Source: Takakia lepidozioides
Taxonomy: Eukaryota > Plantae > Bryophyta
Assembly (NCBI GenBank): GCA_030704615.1
Contig: CM060732.1
Location: 48,546,001-48,610,000, forward strand
Reading direction: 5' to 3'
DNA length: 64,000 nt
Of the stretch, positions 11,640 to 21,897 are shown piece by piece; the stretch's first letter is position 1, and each line of letters starts with the position of its first letter. The notes under the pieces were generated by a model. It saw only the letters and a program-made list of their open reading frames with translations. It ran no database searches and was not told the origin of the DNA. Both the position numbers and the translations under genes were made by a program.

Positions 11640-13410
11640 GTTAGATTGATCCTTCTTTCTCAGTTCTGGACAACGAGACACCCACCTCAGAGCCGAGTAA
11701 ATATGACTAACAGGGGGAAGGGCAGACACACGTTTCCCCCCATTTAGTTTAATTTTCCGCCGAGCTTGAAAATGTTCCACAAAATCCTTTTTCCTCTTCA
11801 ATGACATGTTGTTGTTGTCTTTTACACGATTGAATGCTCGTGCTGCAGCCGGGTGTAAAATGCCGGAAGCTTTTTTGACGAGGATGTCCTGCATCTATCC
11901 TCGGCAAACACGCACCGCAGACAAGCAATGGTGTATAAGGTATGTGTCGTTGTGTACAAGGTCAAGCAGGTCGGTTATCTCCCGTTTCAAAATAGCTTCC
12001 AAAAGGCCTGGCGTGAGCAATGACTCTACCGTGTTCGGGGTTGCGCTTGCACGCACATTGTCGTTACCGCTTTCGAGGTCGCATGCTGCCATGCCGTCGT
12101 ATTCGTCCAAATTCTCCAGCCCACTGTGAATAGTACCGAGGTGGGAACCACATGTCCGGACAATAAGACCATCTTTCAGGTCTGGTTTTAGCAACTTTAT
12201 GACCCAAACCTGGTGCTTGCACAGATTGCCTTTCAGCGCAGGTGCAGCAGGCCCACTGCGACTCTGGATTGAACACGGTGTACGTTGTATTCGGATCGGA
12301 GGAGCTGATCACGTAAGCAGGGGCGGTGCAGGCAAAGTCACACGTGAAAGAGGTATGTCACGGGCTGCACATATTGCACTGGAAATGTGCTTTTCCTGTT
12401 TATCATTGCGAATAAACCTATGAGTCTTCAGATGAATGTCGTACCAGTAGTGGACCAGTACACGCCCAATCAACTCCCATATGAGCCAATCGGCTCTTCG
12501 ACCTGTCATTTTGCCTTTGCCCATATTAAGTCTCGCCTTTAAGTTTCCGTGGTATGCCTTGATGCTTGCATTAGTATCTTGGCTTGCATGTGGAATGTTG
12601 CGGGCAGCAGTACACCACATAGCGATTTTGGGAACCCAGTACACATGAATGTAGTGGAGGAACAACTGACCAGCAGGATATTTCTTTTTCATTGCCTTCA
12701 ATTTTTTCTTAACTCATTTCACAGCTTCGTCTTCTTTTTGCGATCCACCTCTGCAGTACATAAGGTCGCCCATATCTGCCAACAGTTTCGAGGATGTTCC
12801 CGGATCACTGATTTTCTGGCATGATTGCTTGACCCAGGCCTTCCGTACATGCCAAAGGCAAAGGAAAATGCCTACTCCTGTGAAAACAGACCTGCATGCG
12901 GCCACAAAGTCAGAAGTGCTTGAACCGGGCATTTGTATTCAGCATTGCCACAAGCGTGAGACCAAATAGGGCAGACCATATAGCAGACCCTGGAGCGGAC
13001 CATAAGGCATACCATAGGGCAGACCATAGGGCAGAATGAGATCTGGCATACCGGATTCAGTACCGCCACAAGCGTGAGACCAGACAGGGCATGTACATGT
13101 CCGGCAAGCACAAGCACAGGGCATGAAGAAAGAGGCAGTGCGGGAATATGGTGCAGACATGACAAAGGTTAGATATGTGTTAGCTCTTGGAGCTCTTCGC
13201 GGTTCTGGCTTCGCGTTAACATGCACATTTATGTAAAATTGGGTGGAACACCCGTCTCTACTCTCCTCTCCAAGTACAAAGTCGGGCACTCTCTGCCAGG
13301 GAATACAGGCCGTGCCCGCACTTGAGAGCCCATGTATCCAGAGCGACTCTCGTTCTTCCAGTAAAGGTCTTTGCAGGAAAATGGCCCATCCTTTGGTGTT
13401 TGAAGACATT
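11640..13410 (-). pseudogene. Second MULE-type SWIM transposase, central DDE exons missing
   Basis: IPWQRVPDFVLGEE N-terminal block; IFLCLWHVRKAW (CxxH); ASQDTNASIKAYH (catalytic E is K); SWIM WACCTC../LKGNLCKHQ split by a frameshift near 12235. In-frame stops at 12714 and 11895. Confidence 0.8.
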
Positions 13411-14193
13411 GTCGCAGTGGACGTATAAGAAAGCTTTCTGGTTGGGCATCGACGGCCGCTGCCATATACAGCACAGTACCCCTTCGCGCACTCGAAAGCA
13501 CCTGCAATACGACCTGGAAAAGTGGAAGCAAAGGACAATAGCATGCACGTTCTTGGCAGGACGGAAGCGCATTGGCAGGAACAGACCAGAGGGAGGAAAA
13601 GATCGATGAAACAGTCTTCGCCCACGATTGGCGGCGGCTGCCATGCCCTAAATCCGAGCGGCTACGATAGCAGCGCGGCATCACGGTGAGATGGGCGCCA
13701 CGTCATCTGGGGTGCGTTTGGGTATGCCGGATCGGGCTGCTTGGTGGCAGACCCAGCAGACCCAGTGGCGGGCAGACCGAGCTTGGGCAGACCCCAGCCC
13801 GGGCAGACCCACTGGGACCCGTTGGCGGGCGGACCCAGCGGCGAGGGGGGCGGGCGCGGGCCGCGGTCCACGGGCGGGCTGGGCGGCGTGTGGCCAGGGC
13901 CGGGGGCGGCTGCGGGGCTGCCGACCGCACTGCGCGGCTGGCAGGTGGGGGTGGGTGGGGTGGGGGAGGGCGACCCCCGTCGGTGCGGGCGTGCGCGCCC
14001 TATCACGCGCAACATAAACTCCCAATTATTCAAAAATGAGAGGCCCCAGTAAGCCTTCGCAGCCCTTGACAGTGGTTATTTTTTCCACTAATGTACCACC
14101 TTTTTTTATTATTAATTTGATTAAAAGGGCCTCCGTCACTTTTCCCTTAAAATAAAATTAAATAAAATTAAAAAATTGAAAAAGAAATACATC

Positions 14194-14370
14194 GGCTGGT
14201 AGCTCAGCTGGTAAGTGCATGGTGTGTCACCCTCGTGATTCGGGGTTCAAACCCGCTGGCCTGTCCGTGCGTGTGTGGGATTGTTCGCGACGGTATGTCT
14301 GGGTGTTGGTCGTCCTGTAGGGGTTCCCTTTTTGTTTTTTTGTTTTTTTTAAAAGAAGAAGAAGAAGAAG
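14194..14370 (+). mobile_element. tRNA(Asp)-derived SINE-like element
   Basis: A box TAGCTCAGCTGG, TGTCAC anticodon-like loop and B box GGTTCAAACCC. The stems do not pair. A ~70-bp body and a T-rich/(GAA)n tail follow. Confidence 0.55.
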
Positions 14371-15787
14371 CAGAAGCAAGGCCACCAATGTAGGTAGTTC
14401 CGGTTGCTGTATGCTTGTTGGATTTCACCAACAGACTGATGGCAAACAAAGATTGTGTTGAGCAAGCGGGGTTCAGGGTCAGAGCATGGCGGCAGCTTCT
14501 TGCAGCCGTCCCTTGATCATGTAAGTAGATGGGCACTTGCAAATTGGAGCAGGCATCGCACAAGTTAGGCCTCAGCTGCCATCTACACAAACAAAAACTA
14601 ATGTGTTATCGCCCTCTAATAGCATTTAGTACTCAGGTAGAAGCAAAAACATAACACACCAGTGTCCAGTAACCTGAATGGGCTCCCCACTATTGAAGTC
14701 GCAATGTACGCAGCACGCAGCACACCGATTCTCGAAAGCAATCTTTATGAAACCGCTACTATCAGTACTTCCACTGAAGATGAGATTTGGGATATGGTGC
14801 TCTTGCGGAATCTACTTTGCCTACCATGGCTTCTCGAAGTATCATTCATGTGTTTCTGGAGCAGCTGCCGATCGCCATCTTTTTCGGGTTGCTCCCTCAC
14901 TCATTGGCCAAGATTTTGTGCTGTAACAACAGAAGGGTGTACATGTGACAGTGCCCATCTTCGCATCCTCGGAATCAATGGAACCCATTGCAGGAATTGT
15001 TGCGCGGTGTAAGGCCCTGGTCCATAGAGAATGGATATTTGTGTGCTTGTAGAAGGGATTGCACAAAGTTGCAAGAAGAAGCAGGCGTGGCTGCGCACAC
15101 GGTATGCATGGCACCCGATGGGAACGTGCCAGCCTTCTCCGCGTGTGCTCAAGGCATCTGGGGGTGTCCTCACAAACCTCCCCCAGACTACGCAGCTGGG
15201 CTTGGGCTGAAAGCGTCAAAAAGCAGTACGTTGTACGCTCCTTTCCATTTTCCAAATCGCATTGTATTGAAATTTGTTTCGACCAGGGCAACCATCAGTC
15301 CTATATGAGTACTTACTACAGCAATGTTGTCAGCAGTCTTGTTAGTTTGGTGAATAGTGCATCCTTTCTGGTCAGTCCTTCAAAGCAGTCATGACCATAA
15401 CTCTCACTGTCGCAGTCTTCCATCCAGGGCACACGATAGTCCGCACTGAGTTTCTACATCAGGATTTTCAAAGGCCCGTGTCCCCTCTGCGGTCATGAGT
15501 TCCCTTTTATCATAGCCTAACCAGTCCACCTTATTGCCATTCCTGCCTTCTATCGTGATCAAAGGTCTCACATCTCTCGTGCCATGCCCAGTATAGGGCC
15601 TATGACCTTTCTTCCTCGGTCCTTCTTCATGGCATTACATACAATTTCCAACTTCACCTGCCCTCCAGTCTATCCCTTCATACTTCTTGCTCCGATGGAC
15701 TGTCCAACATGTGATGTGTAAGGGTATCCAACCCAAAAAAAAACCTGTTAGCATGTAACTGAGACTCGAGAGTTTTGATCATGCAGG

Positions 15788-18133
15788 GTGGCAGGGTTGA
15801 ATCAAGCATTAGGGACCTCCACCATGACTCCTCTTGAAAAAGGACCAAGAGATGGAGTCAACAAGACCTCGGGTGGCACTTGTGAGGATGTGAAGACTCT
15901 ATGTAAGGCAGGAGAAATGAAAGAGGCGCTGCACGTTTTGAACAAAGGAGGCGCTTGTGTAGACACCAATACATATGTTTGTCTTTTGCAGGAGTGCATC
16001 AAAATGAAAGGGCTAGCAGAGGGAAAGCAGGTTCATACCCACATTATTCGTATTGGATTCAAACCAAACATCCTTCTATTCAACAACCTCATCAACATGT
16101 ATGCCAAGTGCAGAAGTATGGTGGATGCACGCCAAGTGTTTGACAAAATGCCTGAACGAGATGTGTTTACGTGGACGACGATGATGGCAGGATATGCTAA
16201 GCATGGGTGTGGTATGGAGGCTGTACAGATCTATGAGCAAATGATCCGGGAAGGGGTGAGGCCTGACAGAGTCGCATTCATTTGCGCTCTCAATGCATGT
16301 GCCAGCCTTGCAGCCCTAGAAAAGGGCAAAGAGGTGCATGCTGACATCATTAAAGCTGGAATTGTGCTGGGCACCACTCTGGAGAATACCCTTGTTGACA
16401 TGTATTCCAAATGTGGGAGACTGAAGGATGCCCGTCAAGTGTTTGACAATATGGCTCAACGAGATGTGGTCTCATGGAATGCAATGATTGCAGGATATTC
16501 TCAGCAGGGGTATGGTAGGGAAACTTTTGAAACCTATGAGCAAATGATACGGGAAGGCATCACACCTAGCAGGGTCACATTTGTTTGTGTTCTCAATGCC
16601 TGTGCCAACTTGGCTGCCGTGGAAAAGGGCATAGCAGTCCACACTGATATTATCAAAGGTGGAATTGTGCCAGATATCATTTTGGAGAATACCATTGTTG
16701 ACATGTATGCCAAATGCGGGAGCATAAAGGATGCGCGTCAAGTGTTCAACAATATGGTTAAGCGAGATTTGGTCTCATGGAACACAATGATTGCAGGATA
16801 TGCTCAGCAAGGGTGTGGTAAGGAGGCCCTGCAACTATTTGAACAAATGCAACAGGAAGGCTTGAAGCAGGATGTGGTCTCATGGAGTGCAATAATTTCA
16901 GGATATGCTCAGCATGGGTGTGGTAAGGAGGCACTGGAGACCTATGAGCAAATGATACGTGAAGGGATATTGCCCAACAGGGTTACATTTGTTTCCATTC
17001 TGAAGGCATGTGCCAGTCTTGCAGCCCTGGAGAAGGGCACAGAGGCCCATGCCCTTATCATCAAAGCTGGAATCCCGCCTGATATTATTCTGGAGACTGC
17101 CCTTGCTGACATGTATGCCAAATGCGGGAGCATGAAGGATGCACATCAAGTATTTGACAAAATGGCTCAACGAAATCTGGTCTCATGGAACGTGATGCTT
17201 GCAGGATATGCTCAGCACGGGTGTGGTTGGGAGGCCCTGCAACTTTTTGAACAAATGGAACTGGAAGGTTTGAAGCCGGACAGTATCACCTTTACATGTG
17301 TTCTCTCTGCATGTAGCCATGTTGGTCTAGTGGATGAAGGCCGACACTACTTTGATTCTATGAGTCAAGTCCATGGCCTCGCTCCCACAGTGGAACACTT
17401 TGGCTGCATGGTCGACCTTCTTGGCCGTGCAGGGAAGCTGAATGAGGCAGTGGACTTCATCAACACAATACCAATTGAACCAGATGCCGTGATGTGGGGA
17501 GCCATGCTTGGCGCTTGCAGAACTCATGACAATGTGTTCATAGCAGAACGTGCGGCAAACTATCTACTCAAGTGGGATCCAGAGGACGCTGCAACTTATG
17601 TGCTGCTATCAAACATCTATGCTGCTGCTGGCAGGTGGGATGATACAGCAAAGGTGAGAAGAATGATGGAGGATAGAGGTGTCAGAAAAGAGCCAGGGAT
17701 CTGCTGCATTGAGGTGGACAACAAGGTGCATAGGTTTGTTGTAGAAGACCAATCTCATCCTCAAATTGAAGAAATCCATGCTGAGCTAACGAGATTGTCG
17801 GGGCAGATGAAAGAGGCCGGGTATGTGCCGGACACACGCTTTGTGTTGCATGATGTGGAGGAGGAACATAAGGAAGTTCTCCTCTGCCACCACAGTGAGA
17901 GGCTGGCCATTGCTTTTGGGCTCATCAGCACGTCCCCAGGGACCCCCATCCGCATCATCAAGAACCTTAGGGTCTGTGGTGACTGCCATACCGCCACCAA
18001 GTTCATCTCCAAAATTGTCAGGCGAGCCATGGTTGTACGGGACACCAACCGCTTTCACCATTTCCAAGATGGTGGTTGTTATGTGGGGGTTACTGGTAAA
18101 ACAAGCCAGATGCATACAAAAAAAGTTGCGTAA
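15788..18133 (+). CDS. PLS-class PPR protein with E1/E2/DYW deaminase domain (organellar C-to-U RNA editing factor); extreme C-terminus frameshifted
   Basis: About 15 P/L/S repeats, PG box (KEPGICCIEV), HHSERLA, KNLRVCGDCH and RFHHF. First in-frame ATG is 15824. An AG acceptor at 15785-86 suggests an upstream exon, possibly ending at 15225. Confidence 0.93.
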   Translation: MAGLNQALGTSTMTPLEKGPRDGVNKTSGGTCEDVKTLCKAGEMKEALHVLNKGGACVDTNTYVCLLQECIKMKGLAEGKQVHTHIIRIGFKPNILLFNNLINMYAKCRSMVDARQVFDKMPERDVFTWTTMMAGYAKHGCGMEAVQIYEQMIREGVRPDRVAFICALNACASLAALEKGKEVHADIIKAGIVLGTTLENTLVDMYSKCGRLKDARQVFDNMAQRDVVSWNAMIAGYSQQGYGRETFETYEQMIREGITPSRVTFVCVLNACANLAAVEKGIAVHTDIIKGGIVPDIILENTIVDMYAKCGSIKDARQVFNNMVKRDLVSWNTMIAGYAQQGCGKEALQLFEQMQQEGLKQDVVSWSAIISGYAQHGCGKEALETYEQMIREGILPNRVTFVSILKACASLAALEKGTEAHALIIKAGIPPDIILETALADMYAKCGSMKDAHQVFDKMAQRNLVSWNVMLAGYAQHGCGWEALQLFEQMELEGLKPDSITFTCVLSACSHVGLVDEGRHYFDSMSQVHGLAPTVEHFGCMVDLLGRAGKLNEAVDFINTIPIEPDAVMWGAMLGACRTHDNVFIAERAANYLLKWDPEDAATYVLLSNIYAAAGRWDDTAKVRRMMEDRGVRKEPGICCIEVDNKVHRFVVEDQSHPQIEEIHAELTRLSGQMKEAGYVPDTRFVLHDVEEEHKEVLLCHHSERLAIAFGLISTSPGTPIRIIKNLRVCGDCHTATKFISKIVRRAMVVRDTNRFHHFQDGGCYVGVTGKTSQMHTKKVA

Positions 18134-18440
18134 TTTTAACCATAAAGAACCTCAAACGTTTTTGTAAGCTAAAACAGAGTAAAGCCGCAGATACCAATTA
18201 TCATTGAATCCCAGTGAGTACTACACCTTGTGCATGCTGTCCATGGTAATGACCATGGGTCCTCGATGATCATCAGACTACAGCAGTGCATCACACAGAA
18301 TACTGTAGTGCAGATCTACAGTAGGCACAAACAAAATCTTGTTGGGAATCAAAAAGTTGAGAGAAGGGCATTTGCTCTCTCCTGGCTGCTAATTCTAAAC
18401 TAAAAGCGTAGAGGTCACTCATAGTGGCAAGTGTGCAGGG

Positions 18441-18821
18441 CATGGCCTCTATCAGGGATGTTTCCGCGACTACCTCTCTGACTTCTCTGTTTTCTATGAC
18501 TTATCAATTGCAGGTAGAGCCTGCATGAGATCCGATGCAAGAGCAGGACTGCCCACTTCTATCCCCAAAAAATTTAATCAGGGAAAAGCAATCCCCCATG
18601 GTGCACGAAGGCTTCCATGGGGTGCGTATCCATGGCCTCTATCAGGGATGTTTCCGCGACTACCTCTCTGACTTCTCTGTTTTCTATGACTTATCAATTG
18701 CAGGTAGAGCCTGCATGAGATCAGATGCAAGAGCAGGACTGCCCACTTCTATCCCAAAAAATTATATCAGGGAAAAGCAATCCCCCATGGATGCACGAAA
18801 GGCTTCCATGGGGTGCGTATC
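18441..18821. repeat. Tandem duplication, 2 x about 190 bp
   Basis: CATGGCCTCTATCAGGG...GGGGTGCGTATC at 18441-18630 is repeated near-identically at 18631-18821. Confidence 0.95.
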
Positions 18822-18918
18822 CGTCCATTCAACGTTCATCGGAAACCTCCTGCTTGAGAGAGAGAAGGCATTGTGGTGCGGATTGCAAGGAGGTGTGCAC
18901 GAATGCGGGCAAGAAACC

Positions 18919-19248
18919 ATGGGGTCACTGGCAAGGATGACCAAATATTTGAAACCCTATGAACTAAAGCTGCATTTCTCAAACAAGTACGTGCGATCGC
19001 AGGTGGTCCACAAGCTCACCAGCCGGACGGTGGCGGCAGCGACCTCGCAAGAGAAGGATTTGCGCCAGAGTCTTCCTTCTACAGGAGATGTTGCGGCGGC
19101 TGCTAACATTGCTGCTGTGTTGGCGGAGCGGTTGAAGCTGAAAGACATTCCAGCGGTTTCGTATCAGCTCAATAAGGGGGAGAGATATCATGGAAAGATC
19201 AAGGCGTTTGTTGACAGCTTGAGGGACAATGGCATCAAACTCATCTGA
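18919..19248 (+). CDS. Organellar ribosomal protein uL18 (L18p/L5e)-like protein
   Basis: YLKPYELKLHFSNKYVRSQVVH..VAAATSQEK..DVAAAANIAAVLAERLKLKDIPAV..YHGKIKAFVDSLRDNGIKLI. Intronless; start is 18919 or 18937. Confidence 0.88.
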   Translation: MGSLARMTKYLKPYELKLHFSNKYVRSQVVHKLTSRTVAAATSQEKDLRQSLPSTGDVAAAANIAAVLAERLKLKDIPAVSYQLNKGERYHGKIKAFVDSLRDNGIKLI

Positions 19249-21897
19249 ACTTGAAACTGGGTTTCTCTCTTCGTCCCATGTTCGAGTCCAGCAATGACTT
19301 TGCCTGCGGTACTTGTTCGCCCTTTTGGCTCTTTGTAGCTTCTCGTCCTTTCCGACCTCTGCCATCCGCATTGTAGTTGTCTTTCCACTTCTGTTGAGGT
19401 GGGGTGTACATTTTGCCAACCCTGTTTACATATCATGGGTTCTCTGTTTCTTGGAATGGAAAGATTATAACGACGGCCCCTTGATCTCTGACTCCTACCG
19501 GGAAGCATTCAGGGTTGTCACGAACTGCAGCTCAAGTAAAGTGCATGTTTAAATATTTAGCTTTAGGGTAGCTTGATGCTTGCCGATCAACGTGATGGTC
19601 TGAAATGCATTCGGCACTGCCCAACATAGCAATATGAATTTCTGCCTACAAACTGCATAGCCAGAGTTTCCTTGCGATGTCATGTGAAATCAAACAGAGT
19701 CTAGCCCAGTATGCAAATCAAATGTAGATAAATAAGCCTCAAGTTTGGAAGGTTGAGAAATCGGTTGGCTGCAAGCCTGGTTAGAATGAGCTGCACCATT
19801 GGGATTCATTAAGCACGTTTGAAAGGTTTTACTGACCTACCTTCCTTGTCTTTCTTTCATTCATTGGTTTGCAAGTAGATTTCCTCTTATTTAATCCCCT
19901 GTCTGTATGCATTGGAAATGTTTCGGATCTGTAGGCGATATTTCATTCCTGAAGCTTATGAGTTTTGTAAGGATAGATGGATATTATGATTGTGTGTGTG
20001 TGTCCTGTGTTTATTATTCTCCAGCATAACAATTATTTTTACAGGGGCTTAAGTTTGATGAAGGGGCTGTTGAAACCATGATGAGCAATACACCAAACAC
20101 TGTAGCCCTCTCAACCCTAAACCAGAAGAAACACATTTGCTGTGTTTATTATACTCGTTGTCTCAAGCTCGGCTGTGTATGTGTGTGGCAGTGCTCCTTT
20201 CCAGGTTTTGGCATTATCCAGCAATCTCAGTGTGGTGACTTAGTCCTCGCCGTAACCTTCCAGTATTTCACAGCCTCCCTGCCCTTTTCACAACTTTCTA
20301 ACCTGAGGACGAAATTGTAGCAGAAATGGTTCAGGGTTTCTGTTGCTGCATGTATCTCCTTGCCATGCCTTGAGGCAAAGACCTCGCCAGAGGCTGCATT
20401 TCACTACACCCTATTTTCGTGGTGACATATCAATATGAGATGGAATGATTGGAAAATCTTCAATCCACAGTTGAAAGGTCCCCTACTAATGTGTTGCATG
20501 TACAAGTCAGCCCACCTCATCAACCAGGAGTAGCTGTGTTTGCAAGATCATGAGTACTATGGATTCTTGAGTTGAATCTCAAGAAGCACAGTCAATTGAA
20601 CAATGGTCCAACAATTAGAGCAAATTCTGCTGCGTGGGTCTGAGTCTACTGACTGTTCTCCTTCAATATCTACTTGTGTGGTGGCTCTTACTTCTTTGGC
20701 GAAGTCTTCTCTCTATCTTTCTCTCTACTTGTGTGTACTGATCCGTGAGTGTATTAACTCTCTCTACTTGTGTGTGCTGATCCGTGAGTGTCTTAACTAT
20801 CTCCCTGCAAACTCCACAGACTATTAGTGTAATAATAAGACTGCACTCAATGCAGCAAAGGCCAAAGCTAACCCTCTGCCCAGCCATTAAGAGTCATTCA
20901 AAGCTCTGGGTGTCTCTCTCCTCAGCTGGGCTCTCCAGCTTCGGCGGGCGAGCTCCGCAGACCCCGTCCTCATCCTGTCACAACGAACGTGTGACGACGT
21001 CTGTCAGGACACATTCATTTCTCTGAATGCAGTCTTCGTAAATAAAATTTCTATCAAAATTTCTTACCCCGTTATGTGGCGGATTGTTTCGATGACCCAT
21101 ATGCAAATTTCGTTAATTTCAAGACGATCTATGGACTCTATTATGTAGTTCAATTTTGTGGGTCTATCACGCAGCAGCTCCACAGCGTTCAGTTTCACTG
21201 CAAACACATCTCCCAGATTTCCAGGGTTGAAGACAGACAGTGCCGGTTCCTCCGGTATAGTGGAACCAACCAAGCAAGAAACTTCAGGATCAACTTCAAG
21301 TATTCAGGTTTGTTATCTTTGCAAGCTTAAGGAGGAAAAGAAACAGAAGCAAGAATGACAAAGAAGGGTGCAGGCAAAGAGATGGCATTAAGTAGAAGGA
21401 TGCGGGAGACAGGATGACAAGATTCTACAATGGAGGTGCTCATCTTCCAAAAGCATTTACAAATTTACATGGATTAAGGTAAAAGCAGAAAAAGTGAACA
21501 ATTGTGAAACAGCAAGCGGACAAAAGAATTGACCCAGTTCACAATCCTATATCAACCAACCCTCGCAAGAAGCAGCAGAACAATATGTTCATGCACTCAT
21601 CCTTATGGGTGCAAGGCATGCTATTGTGAATAGACAAAGCCTCTCCAAGTTTTTATGTGAGGCTAACATGTGCTGGCTGTCAATGCAGCATGGACGTGTA
21701 CACATGGACCCAAGCCCTAGCTTGCCCTTGTCACATCACACATTTCCACCCTCACAACCCTTCATCACTCACTCCTGTCCTGATATACAAGTTGTGCACT
21801 CAGAACGGGGCAGCTGATCTGGATTGTTCACAGCTGTGGCATCCACACCTTCACCAAGGACTGTCCCAAAAGCCTGAGGCACCATCATCCCTTCATA

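Larger units (their letters stand above)
10751..14146. mobile_element. Internally deleted MULE carrying a Ulp1 fragment and a SWIM transposase
   Basis: Left end is a CCCT..CCCGCGGTTATAGG motif. Right end reads GGGAAAAGTGACGGAGGCCC on the minus strand, followed by AT-rich flank. GGTCTRC/GCAGACC motif clusters and transposase and protease remnants lie inside. The termini are asymmetric, so the boundaries are tentative. Confidence 0.6.

Noticed and set aside
13662-14052. Several overlapping Pro/Gly/Arg-rich ORFs
   Set aside because: These are artefacts of a very GC-rich subterminal region with no recognisable domain.
14194-14265. Functional tRNA-Asp gene
   Set aside because: The acceptor and anticodon stems do not pair, so it is treated as SINE-like or a pseudo-tRNA.
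18535-18918. N-terminal extension of the 237-aa uL18 ORF
   Set aside because: It derives largely from the tandem duplication, and homology begins only near 18937.
20900-21300. Possible extra minus-strand exons downstream of TGA
   Set aside because: Splice-like signals are present but there is no recognisable protein; they may be UTR.
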